In this document: positions 10,204 through 20,697 of the stretch, piece after piece | How the letters are laid out: each line of letters opens with the position of its first letter | Position numbering within the stretch: position 1 is the stretch's first letter | From: an uncultured virus (IMG/VR IMGVR_UViG_3300033066_001354) | Taxonomy: Duplodnaviria > Heunggongvirae > Uroviricota > Caudoviricetes | Strand: one strand, 5' to 3' | IMG/VR virus record: IMGVR_UViG_3300033066_001354 | Length of the DNA stretch: 64,000 bases | Position numbers and translations under genes: made by a program | Notes under the pieces: generated by a model | Told to the model about the DNA's origin: nothing | The model's database searches: none | The model's input: only the letters and a program-made list of their open reading frames with translations

Positions 10204-11226
10204 ATGAGCGAAATCAAAAAACCAGCCAAAGGTGCTATGCGAAAGACCGCAGCGCCAAAAACGCCTGCTAAAACAGCAAAGCAGACACCTCCTGCAACAC
10301 GACGAACCGTCGTCGAGACACCTCAGCCGCCGCAGCCACAACCAATGTACGCTGTACAGCCGCAAGCCGCGCCAACAGCACCTGAATCTATTATTGTTCA
10401 GAACACTCTTGCGGGGCCGCTTTACATTTCTGATATTGGAATGGAATTTGGCGGATTTGAAGTGCGTGATTTGACCTGGGAAGACCCGTCAATTGTCAAA
10501 CGAAGCCAAGATTTGCGCCGCGCCTTTACTACAGGACACTTAATGCGCATTACACAGGCTGAATGGGACAGAATTATGCAATTCAAAGCTGCTGAAGCAA
10601 GGGCAGAAACCCAGCGGGTCAGCAACACAAGGACGCGCAGAAAAGTCAAGGCAGACGGAAGAATCATTGACGCCGAATACTTGAACTTGAACAAAGCGGA
10701 CGGAGGTCGCACGGCACAAGACCAAGTTAGCACTGCTGGATATGCCAATGACCCGATGTCTTACGCCATGGCCTTTCAAGAAGCGAGGGCACAGTACGAA
10801 GAGAGGGGAGCAATCCTTGATGCTCAGACTTTTGCTGGCATGGTGGAGAACCGACCGCGATTGATTCAGCAACTATTGAACAATGAAAGTATGTTCAACG
10901 ATGGTGTGATGTCTGGCGCTGTCGGACGTGGAAGGGCCACGGTAATCACACAAGGTGTCGGATACGACACTGGCGTGACTCAACTCGATATGACCAACTA
11001 CAATCGAGACCAACAAATCGCTGGAAGCACAGCGGCAGGCTTAGGAAGTCAGAAGAACCAAGTCCTAGACCCGTTCAATCCCCATATCATGCCATCAATG
11101 GCACAAATCCCAGATTTTGTGGATTTAGACAATCTAGACGACGATGATGACGCTGGCTATGCAGAAGAAATCGACTTAGCTAACGACGGCGATGACCTCG
11201 GCGGCGGCGTCAGAAGACTCGGCTAA
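10204..11226 (+). CDS. Hypothetical protein with basic N-terminus and acidic C-terminus
   Basis: 340 aa ORF with GGAG RBS; follows the late promoter motif. Confidence 0.7.
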   Translation: MSEIKKPAKGAMRKTAAPKTPAKTAKQTPPATRRTVVETPQPPQPQPMYAVQPQAAPTAPESIIVQNTLAGPLYISDIGMEFGGFEVRDLTWEDPSIVKRSQDLRRAFTTGHLMRITQAEWDRIMQFKAAEARAETQRVSNTRTRRKVKADGRIIDAEYLNLNKADGGRTAQDQVSTAGYANDPMSYAMAFQEARAQYEERGAILDAQTFAGMVENRPRLIQQLLNNESMFNDGVMSGAVGRGRATVITQGVGYDTGVTQLDMTNYNRDQQIAGSTAAGLGSQKNQVLDPFNPHIMPSMAQIPDFVDLDNLDDDDDAGYAEEIDLANDGDDLGGGVRRLG

Positions 11227-11249
11227 CATCTTAGTCTGATGTTTTGAAT

Positions 11250-11280
11250 AAAGGCGATAGGTAAAACCCTGTCGCCTTTT
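11250..11280 (+). terminator. Hairpin/intrinsic terminator overlapping a late promoter
   Basis: AAAGGCGATAGG-taaaac-CCTGTCGCCTTT-T. Confidence 0.55.
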
Positions 11281-11283
11281 GAA
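11259..11283 (+). promoter_or_regulatory. Putative late promoter AGG-N19-GAA
   Basis: AGG TAAAACCCTGTCGCCTTTT GAA, 10 nt before ATG 11293. Confidence 0.6.
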
Positions 11284-11292
11284 TTGAAAGAT

Positions 11293-12354
11293 ATGGCCGA
11301 CACACCATTAGGCGCGAACCAAGATGTAGCAAAGTCTTACTTTGAAAGTATGGCGTTGCCTGGAATTTTAGTGAGATGGGACAGAATCAACAGAAGTGGT
11401 GTTATCAAATACAATATTTTAAGCTCGACACACTTGGATGGTAACTATACACTTATCGGTACTGTTGACTTCCCGCAAGACGAATTTATCGACAACAAGG
11501 GCAACCCCAGCACATACTACAAAGTTGAAGAGGTAGATAGCTCCAATGACGTTATCGCTACTTCACAACCGTTTTCTGGTGACGAATACCTGCTCATATC
11601 CAGTATTTTATACGAAGTGAGACAATTCACGCGCAAGATGGTCTATCGAGAAATGGGGGTGTTCGAGGGTACTGACAGAACATGGTGCCGATTTGGTTAC
11701 AACGATTGGAATTATTGGCCAAGGCCGCAAATCATCATTAGTGGTGTTTCAGACGACGGAGACAAGAGCCCTTTGATTGTCATGAGCGAAAACACACCTG
11801 TGTACAAAACTGTCTCAGGGCCTGACGACAACTATGCTGACGGGTTGTTATACAGGCTGGACTATCAAGGTCGTATTCATTTTTTCAGAGCCACTGACGG
11901 CTCTCCTTACGCTATCGAAGACTACGACACCGTATATGCCACTTATGCGGTCAAAATGTTCACGAATTATGAAATAAACGCGGCAACGGTATACGCGCTT
12001 CAGGCTATTAGCGCCCGGCCAGGCGCACCCAAAATCAGCAGCGTTGGACAAATGCCGTTCTGGTGGGAGCAGGGTGTGGTGACTGGTGCCGCTTATTGGC
12101 TTTATAGACAACTGTTAGCCAACCTGAATGAAAGAGAGTGGAGACTGCTAGTCCAAGACCCTGACAGGGACGCATACGATGCGATTAAGGACATTCGAGA
12201 AACCATGAAGTCTTACGAAAAATGGTGGGAGGACGCCTTGAAAACTCTGCCGATTTCCAGCTATCCAGCCATTCGCACCATTGTCACGCAGACACACATG
12301 CTGCCGGGTGGACGTTCCAGGTTTTTCAGACAACTTTGGAAGGGCGGCGTTTAA
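11293..12354 (+). CDS. Probable neck/head-tail connector protein
   Basis: Beta-rich N-terminus plus a helical C-terminal region resembling adaptor proteins; late promoter. Confidence 0.4.
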   Translation: MADTPLGANQDVAKSYFESMALPGILVRWDRINRSGVIKYNILSSTHLDGNYTLIGTVDFPQDEFIDNKGNPSTYYKVEEVDSSNDVIATSQPFSGDEYLLISSILYEVRQFTRKMVYREMGVFEGTDRTWCRFGYNDWNYWPRPQIIISGVSDDGDKSPLIVMSENTPVYKTVSGPDDNYADGLLYRLDYQGRIHFFRATDGSPYAIEDYDTVYATYAVKMFTNYEINAATVYALQAISARPGAPKISSVGQMPFWWEQGVVTGAAYWLYRQLLANLNEREWRLLVQDPDRDAYDAIKDIRETMKSYEKWWEDALKTLPISSYPAIRTIVTQTHMLPGGRSRFFRQLWKGGV

Positions 12355-12372
12355 CTTGTATAAAGCAGTCAT

Positions 12373-13920
12373 ATGGTACAAGGACACAAAATTCTCGTAC
12401 ACCTGACAGTATCAAGCCACAAGTACGCGAAAATCATCGTGCCACAAATTCTTTCTCAAGAATGTGTGGACTCCTTGGTGTTGCTTGTGTCTTCGGACGA
12501 TTCTTATACGAAAGGATATCTTCAGACCGTCAGTATCGAGCACGGTTCAAAAGTTCAGATTGTCCATTTGAACAAGTCTCAACCAGCCGATTCTTCGGTG
12601 TTAGAGTATTTTAAGTCCAAAAAGTTTCACAAGGACGATGTTTGTGTCTATTTTGCCAGTCAAATTTGCTTTATCGCACCTGATTGTATTGAAGAGTTGT
12701 CAAAATTCGCCATAGACAACCCTGAATACGAACTTGTTTACCCAGCCGCTGTCAACACTGAAAGAACTACTTACATCTTTCAAGTGACCAGCCATTTGAA
12801 ACCGAGACTGCTATGGAGGTGGGACACGGCTTATTTGGACGAGTTCTCCTTTAAAAACACGCAGCCAAGTTTTCACATCGAGGCTCACGAAAGCTTTTTA
12901 AAAGAAGCGTCTGAAGATGGGCTAGACTGTTTTAAGTTCGGAGTCTACACATTGAGCGGTACAGAGGTTGTTCCAAACCACGCTTTTGCGATGATGGGCG
13001 AAGTGTCGAACTCACACTTCAAGCTCAAGTACAATTTCTTTCGCTCAGACAAACATTTTCTCAGCGCCATTACAGGAAAAGCGTTGTGTTCTTGGTTCGC
13101 CAACCCTGTACACAAGAAAAGCCTCGATAACACAGACCTGTTGTCAAAATATCAGGATTTAGGACAGGCTGTCTACCTCAATACTGAACAAGACTCGAAC
13201 AAAGTCAATGATGACATCAGCGAAGTAGACACTGGTTTTCATCTAAGCGCTTTCTTGAACAAAAAGAAGGAGTCATTTGACATTAAGTTTGCTATTTCGT
13301 CTCACGTTTCAACGCAGAAAAAAACACTGCCTGTACTTTTGAAAAGCATGGTTGAAGCAAACATCGACAAAGAAAACATTCTCGTCGTAGTGGGCGGCGC
13401 GGAGGAACAGCATATCGAGCGCAAAAATGGAATTTTGTACAGCTACGTGACACACAACTCTTTTGACCACAACTCAATTATAGACGTTGTGGAAAAAGAC
13501 TGGGGCGGAGAATGGTGGTTTTTTTTGCACGACACCACCAAAGCTGGGCTAAAGTTCAAAGAAAAGCTGCTAAAAATTGGGCCAAAGGCAAACCACGTAG
13601 CGGCCCTTAAGGACGGGTGGCTCAATATGGGGCTTTTCTCTCAAGACGCTTTGCGAAGCATGAAGAACTACATATTACAACTTAAAAACTGCAACAAAAT
13701 GCAGGCAATTTTAAGCGAAAAACTCTATACACGCATGTCAGACTATACTTACTATGATATTGTTGAACAAATCAATTTTCCATACTACGGCGATATTTAT
13801 GGCGATGGTATCGACAGACAAGTGATGCACATGCCTACAATAGACCTTTATAAGTTCCAATCGTTCCATTATCATTCAGAGGCAACAAAAAAAGTCATTG
13901 ACGAATGGGTGATTAAATAA
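12373..13920 (+). CDS. Two-domain glycosyltransferase-like protein (GT-A fold)
   Basis: C-terminal half has a WFFLHDT motif typical of viral GT-A-like proteins; first gene of a translationally coupled cluster. Confidence 0.55.
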   Translation: MVQGHKILVHLTVSSHKYAKIIVPQILSQECVDSLVLLVSSDDSYTKGYLQTVSIEHGSKVQIVHLNKSQPADSSVLEYFKSKKFHKDDVCVYFASQICFIAPDCIEELSKFAIDNPEYELVYPAAVNTERTTYIFQVTSHLKPRLLWRWDTAYLDEFSFKNTQPSFHIEAHESFLKEASEDGLDCFKFGVYTLSGTEVVPNHAFAMMGEVSNSHFKLKYNFFRSDKHFLSAITGKALCSWFANPVHKKSLDNTDLLSKYQDLGQAVYLNTEQDSNKVNDDISEVDTGFHLSAFLNKKKESFDIKFAISSHVSTQKKTLPVLLKSMVEANIDKENILVVVGGAEEQHIERKNGILYSYVTHNSFDHNSIIDVVEKDWGGEWWFFLHDTTKAGLKFKEKLLKIGPKANHVAALKDGWLNMGLFSQDALRSMKNYILQLKNCNKMQAILSEKLYTRMSDYTYYDIVEQINFPYYGDIYGDGIDRQVMHMPTIDLYKFQSFHYHSEATKKVIDEWVIK

Positions 13921-15866
13921 TGCTTCTATGTCAGTTAAACCCCGTTCACTTCGAATGTATATTTGGCGACTTGGGACTGTGTGGGAAACTTGGATATGAT
14001 GATTTACTAGTGTCTGTCAAGCTAAGACACCATACTACATCAATTGCGTTTCACCCACCAGGTAAGGTCGTGTACGAACTCGATGGCGAGTATGAACACT
14101 TCACAGCATTAATTGGGTTTAACGACACATCACTTTACGGCATTAAAGCAGACTTCTTGGTATACGCCGACGATGTGTTGGTGGCGGCAGCGTGCGGTGT
14201 GTGCGTGAACGACCAACCAAGGGAGATATTCGCAAACATCAACCAAGCTACTAAACTAGAACTTGTAGTGGAGACAAACACCCCGCAAGGATGTCACCCT
14301 GTTTGGATAGCGCCGACATTGCACAAAGAAAAAATGTCGCTTTACCCGGGTGTGCTCGGTCGTGCGTGGGGACGCATACCGGATGTAATCCCTGTGTGTG
14401 AAAAATGTATTTTCACTACGTTGACACCCAATTTTGTAGGAATGCTTGATGACATGCTTGGCTCACTTTACATTAATGGCGATTGTCAAGATGCATCAAT
14501 ATTCATATTTGCGCTTAATGCTGATGACAAGTGTAGAAGACTGGCTTCAAAGTACAACGCGACAATTATACCCATATCGGTTGAAAACACCCACACCCTC
14601 GTACTTAAGTCACTTGTTTACAGTGTCGCAAGCTTCATCAACGCAGACTACTATCTTATGTTGGATGCAGACATGTTCATATTACAAAGCTTGGACTCAA
14701 TTTTCAACACAATTAAAGCCGCTAACGAGTCAAACATTTTGGTTTGTCGAGAATACAACATTCCACAAGACCACACTTTAAGACACTTGTTGACCACGGA
14801 CGGACATCCATATTTTGGCGAACCTGGCAACGACGCTTTTTTACAAATCAAAGAAGAGGGTGAAACCACTTTTATAGTCAACGGAGGGCTGATTGGCGGT
14901 AGTCGAAAAGCGTGGTTGTCGCTGGACAGCGCCATGCGGACGTATATGCCACATAGCTCTGCCTGGGACATGCAAAAACCAGGTGTGACATGGAGAGAAC
15001 AAGCTATATTCAACCTTGCTCTTGGCAAGACACAACACTATACGGAATTGAACCCCAATTTTAACGTTCAAATGTTGTTTGCAAAACCCAACATTCAGGT
15101 TCACGAGAAATTTCTTTTAGCGTTCATGAATAGACAAATAGTGCATGTGCTGCATTTTAACGGAGTGCCAGGTAAGGAGGCTTACAAACCGTTTGCCGGT
15201 AAGTTTTCTCACATCCCTAATGCTAAATTTGGTTTTGACAACGTTGATTCTTTCGCATCGTTTGCCCAAAAGCTACAACTACACGGCAAAGCCATAAAAA
15301 ACAAACCTCATTTGCGCGCTATTTACTCTGACATAGAAGACTTACACAACCAAATACATGTCTACAAACATATGTTCGACCTTGTGTCAAAAATGAAAGA
15401 GCCTGAAATATTTGAAATAGGATGTCGCGCCGGATTGATGACAAGTTGTCTTGCAACAGCTTGTGCCAACAACAACGGCAAGCTTCAAACCATTGAGTTC
15501 AACACTTCCCCCGAATACTATCAAATAATTGAAACTTTGCCAGAGCAGATACAAAAAATCATCATACACATTGACGAAGACGCGCTCGTATATTTAAAAA
15601 AGACAAGCGAGAAACATGAAAAATTTGATATGATTTTGTGTGGGACTCACAACAATATTCGAAATATTTGTTCGCAAATAGTGTTGTCAAAAAAAATGTT
15701 AAATCCAGGTGGTGTCCTGTATGTCATGGACAGCAAATATCCATTGTGCGACATAGATGGTCTAAACCGAAGGTTGACGGCCGCAAAATTAAAACTAATG
15801 CCTGTTAGTGGCGAAAAACTGTCAGGGCTTTATACAGTCGAAAATCACAACGAGGACACCCTGTGA
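13920..15866 (+). CDS. NPCBM/NEW2 carbohydrate-binding + GT8-like glycosyltransferase + SAM methyltransferase fusion
   Basis: N-terminal YELDGEYEHFTALIG.ND...F.VYAD (NPCBM-like); LMLDADM (DxD), NGG, EQAIFN, VLHFNG (GT8-like); FEIGCRAG and LNPGG (class I MTase). Confidence 0.7.
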   Translation: MLLCQLNPVHFECIFGDLGLCGKLGYDDLLVSVKLRHHTTSIAFHPPGKVVYELDGEYEHFTALIGFNDTSLYGIKADFLVYADDVLVAAACGVCVNDQPREIFANINQATKLELVVETNTPQGCHPVWIAPTLHKEKMSLYPGVLGRAWGRIPDVIPVCEKCIFTTLTPNFVGMLDDMLGSLYINGDCQDASIFIFALNADDKCRRLASKYNATIIPISVENTHTLVLKSLVYSVASFINADYYLMLDADMFILQSLDSIFNTIKAANESNILVCREYNIPQDHTLRHLLTTDGHPYFGEPGNDAFLQIKEEGETTFIVNGGLIGGSRKAWLSLDSAMRTYMPHSSAWDMQKPGVTWREQAIFNLALGKTQHYTELNPNFNVQMLFAKPNIQVHEKFLLAFMNRQIVHVLHFNGVPGKEAYKPFAGKFSHIPNAKFGFDNVDSFASFAQKLQLHGKAIKNKPHLRAIYSDIEDLHNQIHVYKHMFDLVSKMKEPEIFEIGCRAGLMTSCLATACANNNGKLQTIEFNTSPEYYQIIETLPEQIQKIIIHIDEDALVYLKKTSEKHEKFDMILCGTHNNIRNICSQIVLSKKMLNPGGVLYVMDSKYPLCDIDGLNRRLTAAKLKLMPVSGEKLSGLYTVENHNEDTL

Positions 15867-16708
15867 AATACGGAACGACAATCGGGAATTGGGGTGATGT
15901 GATATGCTCTTTAGGACTGTTCCAAGAACGTGTCGGGACTGGAGGCATAGTCTATTATGGCGGAACAGACGGCATGAAAGAGTTCTTGGAATGCCAGTCA
16001 TTTATTACGGATGTTAAAATGACGCGTCACAAGGACGTGGAAGAATTTCGCTCAACAATGGACTCACTATGGACTCCAGAGCTTTATGAGCAAGGCTTGT
16101 TGAAAGTTCTTGGTAATACTGGTGTAAATCCTGAAGACGTAGTGAACACTGCCTTAGATTTTCGAGAAAACAGGAATTACAAAAAAGACTATCCGATAGC
16201 CAGAAATTTAGAACTTCCAATCGAAGCAAAACTCTGGGCTGAACAAATCGGCAACAACATTCCTCGTCCGTTTTATTTACTACAACCGTATAGTATCAAT
16301 ACTGTCACTAAATCGGCTCATTGGCCACACTGGTGGGAATATATTCTGTGGTTATTGAGAGACCAGACTAAAACTTTTGTCACTGTTGGAATCGACTGGG
16401 ATGATTCTCCCCTCGAAAACTTTAACAATACAGTAAGGCTTGTCAAAAAAGCGCCCACAATGTCTCACGTCTTTGCTTTAGCACAACTATCTGACGGAGT
16501 AATCACCACAAGCAACTCCTTGTCACATTTTTGCACATCTCAAAAAATTAAAACCATAGTCTGCGGCAATATAAGAAACACCGACCCAAAGGACTTTTTC
16601 ACCAAAATTATCCAAGGAGACAGCATCAAATTATTTAGTTATTACAGCAAGTTAATTAAGGTGTGTTATGCCACCAAGGAGATATTCGACATATGGCCGA
16701 CACACTGA
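15863..16708 (+). CDS. GT9/GT-B-like glycosyltransferase
   Basis: N-terminal GNWGDVI and C-terminal VITTSNSLSH resemble the GT9 GD.. and DSG..H motifs. Confidence 0.55.
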   Translation: MKYGTTIGNWGDVICSLGLFQERVGTGGIVYYGGTDGMKEFLECQSFITDVKMTRHKDVEEFRSTMDSLWTPELYEQGLLKVLGNTGVNPEDVVNTALDFRENRNYKKDYPIARNLELPIEAKLWAEQIGNNIPRPFYLLQPYSINTVTKSAHWPHWWEYILWLLRDQTKTFVTVGIDWDDSPLENFNNTVRLVKKAPTMSHVFALAQLSDGVITTSNSLSHFCTSQKIKTIVCGNIRNTDPKDFFTKIIQGDSIKLFSYYSKLIKVCYATKEIFDIWPTH

Positions 16709-18900
16709 AACACGATTTTAGTCTCATAATTTGGGGGGATGTCCATAGCAGCAAGACTACAGAGATAACAAAAATCTTCTCTAAAGAAAAAATTGAAATC
16801 ATCATCATAAAGAAGCACGAAGCTTCGTCGCATTCTCAAGCTTACAACATGGGGACAGACCGTGCCAAAGGCAAATACCTAGTATACGCCCATGAAACAT
16901 TAGAAATCTTGGACAAGCACTTGTTTTACAAAATAAGGCAAGCGTTTTTGAAGCATCCAAAAGTTGGAGTGATAGGAGTCGCTGGCAATGTCGATGGTTC
17001 AGACAAAAGCATCTGGAGCGAAAACCATCATTCATGCCTAAGAGGAGGATTTGTCAAAGGAAAACAAATCATCAATTATGGCAAGTATCAAGGAGAGGCA
17101 AAGCTTTTAGAAGGTTGTCTACTCGCGTTCAAGGCAAAACACAACTTCCCGGAAAGCGTCAAGGATATCGAGTATATGAGTTCTTGGATGTGTAAGGTTG
17201 TTGAACGAGAGGGCGAAAAGTGTTACATTATCGAGTCAGACACAGCATTCACACCGCCCGTCGCGCCTCCTGAAGTTCAAACCACTGACAAGGACAAATA
17301 TTTGCGCAAATGGTTTTTAGCAGAAGCCATGCATCAAATTCATAGCGCAAAAGTGCATAATCAAGAATTTTTGAACAAATATGAGGGCACCCGCAATTAC
17401 AAAAAACTTTCGATTGTCATTGCCGTCCACAATCAATGGGAATATACAAAGCACTGCATAGATTCCTTGCTCATAGACGTTCCTGAAGCTGAAGTCATCG
17501 TGGTGGACAATGGCAGTACAGACGACACCCAAAAAGGCTTGGCACGATACAAAAATGTCAAAGTTGTCCGTTTTGACAAAAATCAAGGAGTCCCAAAAGC
17601 ATGGAACGCTGGACTGTCGATAGCCAAAGGCGACATTCTTGGGGTTTTGAACAACGACACTAGCATCAATCAAAACGGGATGAAAGCCTTGGCTTGCGCA
17701 GCGGCCGAAAACGGAATAAGCGCGTACCAAGGTGGGGTTTTGAACGACAAAATGGAGTTTGCCGGATACACTACTAATGCTGAATTTTCGGACTATCCCA
17801 ACGGATGTTGTGTCTTGTTCCGACGAGACGTATGGCGCACAGTCGGTAAATATGACGAAATCTACTCTCCTGCGTATTTTGAAGACTCAGACTGGGGCGT
17901 GAGAGCACGACTGGCTGGCTTTAAATGGGTGTTCGTGCCAGAGTCTATACAGCATTTTATGGCCAAGACATCCCAATTTGTGCCAGTGGACTTAAACAGG
18001 AACTTGAAAATCTTCCAAGAAAAATGGGCTGGCACCGGACTTGGTAAAAAGATTATGGTCAAACGAATGGGAGCGGTGGGAGATGTTTTTATGTCCACTC
18101 CCGCTCTCCAGTCTTTGCGCGAAAAATATCCTTTGGCCAAAATTCACCTAGTCACCGGAATGCCAGTCATATGGCAAGGACTTGAGTCTGTTGATTATGT
18201 TTCCAACAGACCTGAGTGGTGTTACACCGATGTGTTCGTCCTGGACGGCGCATATGAAAAGTATCGCGCTCAAGATGTTTACTTTCCAGCCACGTCTGCG
18301 TTTGCGGAGGCACTAAACGTCGATTTGAAGGTGACACACTATGCCCACGCGCCAATCCCTGACACAATCAAAGAATGGGCTGCACAAACGGTCTCAGGTC
18401 ATGAAAACCTGATTGCCGTTGGACTGCGCTCCGGCACGCGGTCTTACAGCAATTGGGACGATGCCAAATGGTTCAAGCTGTTCACAGAAAACCCACACCT
18501 TACTTTTGTGCTTTTCGACACGGACAAAGACCCTAACGTCAATGTGAACCACAAAGACCACTCGACAGACCTTTACAGCGCTTCAAACATTTTGAATTTG
18601 ACAGGTCAGACTCCGAGCGTCCTTCACGTCTTGTCCATAATGGAACGTTGTCGAGCGTGCGTGTCAGTTGACACGGGCGTCGTACATATGGCAAACGCTG
18701 TACAAATTCCCGTGATAGGAATGTTCGGCGGCGAACCTTCATGGGCAAGGGTGCCACTCAAGGGTAAGTTTTTTGCACTGCAAGGGAGCGCACCGTGCTT
18801 TCCGTGTAATTGTGTATCGGCTTGTGAAAGAAAGCAAAAAGAGCATTGTCTAGAATGGGTGCAACCCCACCACGTGTCAGACTTGTTAAAGCGCCTTTAG
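16693..18900 (+). CDS. Multi-domain glycosyltransferase (GT2-like + GT2 + GT9 heptosyltransferase-like)
   Basis: AYNMG..AKGKYLVYAH; SIVI..HN, VVDNGSTD, LNND, YFEDSD; RMGAVGDV..STP, VSVDTGVVHMANA; start moved to ATG 16693. Confidence 0.85.
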   Translation: MADTLKHDFSLIIWGDVHSSKTTEITKIFSKEKIEIIIIKKHEASSHSQAYNMGTDRAKGKYLVYAHETLEILDKHLFYKIRQAFLKHPKVGVIGVAGNVDGSDKSIWSENHHSCLRGGFVKGKQIINYGKYQGEAKLLEGCLLAFKAKHNFPESVKDIEYMSSWMCKVVEREGEKCYIIESDTAFTPPVAPPEVQTTDKDKYLRKWFLAEAMHQIHSAKVHNQEFLNKYEGTRNYKKLSIVIAVHNQWEYTKHCIDSLLIDVPEAEVIVVDNGSTDDTQKGLARYKNVKVVRFDKNQGVPKAWNAGLSIAKGDILGVLNNDTSINQNGMKALACAAAENGISAYQGGVLNDKMEFAGYTTNAEFSDYPNGCCVLFRRDVWRTVGKYDEIYSPAYFEDSDWGVRARLAGFKWVFVPESIQHFMAKTSQFVPVDLNRNLKIFQEKWAGTGLGKKIMVKRMGAVGDVFMSTPALQSLREKYPLAKIHLVTGMPVIWQGLESVDYVSNRPEWCYTDVFVLDGAYEKYRAQDVYFPATSAFAEALNVDLKVTHYAHAPIPDTIKEWAAQTVSGHENLIAVGLRSGTRSYSNWDDAKWFKLFTENPHLTFVLFDTDKDPNVNVNHKDHSTDLYSASNILNLTGQTPSVLHVLSIMERCRACVSVDTGVVHMANAVQIPVIGMFGGEPSWARVPLKGKFFALQGSAPCFPCNCVSACERKQKEHCLEWVQPHHVSDLLKRL

Positions 18901-18937
18901 GTGACAAAGACATAAAGACAGAAAAAGGATATGAAAC

Positions 18938-20113
18938 ATGAAAGAACTACAAATCCAAACATTTCTGCGTGCTGGTAAAACGTTGACCGACCTTTATCAG
19001 CGCTATGAAATACAGGGAACTTTGTCCAAAAATGGCGACAAGGTTGTATTCAATTATCGTGTTTTGTCCCCGCTAGACGCTCCAATAGTACAAGAAAGCA
19101 GGGCGCTTGTCCTAGATACAAAAAATTGGGATGTAGTAAGTAAATCTCCAAATGCTTTTTTTGCCATAGAAGAACCTTATGCCGAACCTGTGATAAAAGC
19201 TTTTGACTGGGACAGCGCCAAAGCTATGACAAAGCTTGACGGAGCTTTGGTGACACTGTACCACTACAATGGAGAATGGTGTGTCTGTACCAGGTATTGC
19301 ACAGACGGTGAACTTAGGGTCTACACCATCAACGCCAGCCCATCAAGCCTGACTTGGAGAGAGTTGGTGGAAATGTGCGTCAAAGACATGGGCTACAGTT
19401 GGAAAGAATTCACCCAAAAATTGAACAAGGATGTGTTCTATACTTTTGAAGTGACTTCACCAGAAAACAGGGTGGTGGTGGTCTACACAGAACGTAGACT
19501 CACATTGGTGGCGGCAGTGTCACGCGAGACATTGGAAGAGATTGATATTTACGCGCTCGACTATCCAAAGCTCAAAGTGGACTATGTGACTGTCAGAACA
19601 CTTGACGAAGCGAACACCTTGCTTTTGAAAAATGACGACCCGCTTTCATACGAAGGATACATCCTGTTAGACAAGCATTTTAACAGGCTAAAACTAAGAA
19701 ACCCCAAATTCCTTCAAATGCTTCAATTTTATTCGCCTCAAGACGAACTTACCGCTTTACGCGAAATTCGTATGATGGACGCGAATTCAGGCTATAACAC
19801 AGGCACTGGCGGCACGAGTACAGGCACTGGCGGCACGAGCACCTCTAGCGCAGAGATATTTTCAACACAATCTTTGCTCAATCGCATGATGGGACTGAGC
19901 AAGTATGTAAGTGACTCATACCAAGAAATTCAGAACGACCCGACTATCGCAAGCGAGCATTACATCAACAAAATTTGGCCAGAAGCACTAGAGTATCTAA
20001 AACAAGGTATGAACATGTCTGACATGCTGGACAAGATGTCGGAAGAAGAAATTCTAGAAGCGTTGCAAAAATTTGAGACTATCAAACAAGGTGAGGAGCA
20101 AACAACACAGTAA
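18938..20113 (+). CDS. T4 Rnl1-like ATP-dependent RNA ligase
   Basis: ESRALVLD, KLDGAL (motif I KxDG), FEVTSPENRVVV.Y, EGYIL, RLKLRN. Confidence 0.8.
   Translation: MKELQIQTFLRAGKTLTDLYQRYEIQGTLSKNGDKVVFNYRVLSPLDAPIVQESRALVLDTKNWDVVSKSPNAFFAIEEPYAEPVIKAFDWDSAKAMTKLDGALVTLYHYNGEWCVCTRYCTDGELRVYTINASPSSLTWRELVEMCVKDMGYSWKEFTQKLNKDVFYTFEVTSPENRVVVVYTERRLTLVAAVSRETLEEIDIYALDYPKLKVDYVTVRTLDEANTLLLKNDDPLSYEGYILLDKHFNRLKLRNPKFLQMLQFYSPQDELTALREIRMMDANSGYNTGTGGTSTGTGGTSTSSAEIFSTQSLLNRMMGLSKYVSDSYQEIQNDPTIASEHYINKIWPEALEYLKQGMNMSDMLDKMSEEEILEALQKFETIKQGEEQTTQ
19799..19840 (+). repeat. 21-bp tandem duplication encoding a TGTGGTS linker
   Basis: acaggcactggcggcacgag(t/c) x2. Confidence 0.9.
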
Positions 20114-20212
20114 TTTGTGCTAAGTATAGGGAAAACACCTAATTTAGACTAAGGTAAGTAGTAGAGCCTAATTATCGGGTGACACAAATCGTAAAAAATT
20201 CTTGGTGGAAAA

Positions 20213-20659
20213 ATGAAAGAAACGTTAGACGACATGAAACAAAAAATGGACAGGATTGCTGCCAAGTTGACGCAAGCCAATCATCCGCGTTCTGCCGAGT
20301 TGACCAGAATCGCACAGTATTTTGGCGATATGTCCGCTTTGGCTGGCTCGACAAACCTGGCTGACGGGGGATATGGTGCGTCCGTACAAACCATGTCTGG
20401 CGCAGGCGATGCTGGAGAAACAAGTAAAGAAAACCTCAACCCTGGTATTTCTAGTTATGTCAAAATGCGCCCAGGCGAAGAGCCAATGGTCGATGACCGC
20501 AAAACTCACACATGCACTGTCATCTTTAAAGCGCCTGACGGGGTGTCTGAATCTGACATGATGAATTATATACTTGGCATCGGGCAAGAGCTAGGGGTCG
20601 ATGTTGAAAGTTTTAAATGGTCTAAGGCAGAAGTAAAACAAATGAAACCTTCTGTATAA
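20213..20659 (+). CDS. Probable virion protein with a helical leader ending LTRIAQ
   Basis: 148 aa; the leader resembles those of the ORFs starting at 36229 and 41101. Confidence 0.55.
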   Translation: MKETLDDMKQKMDRIAAKLTQANHPRSAELTRIAQYFGDMSALAGSTNLADGGYGASVQTMSGAGDAGETSKENLNPGISSYVKMRPGEEPMVDDRKTHTCTVIFKAPDGVSESDMMNYILGIGQELGVDVESFKWSKAEVKQMKPSV

Positions 20660-20697
20660 CAAGACTAAGCCACCCACAAAAACAAAAAGGGTAAAAC

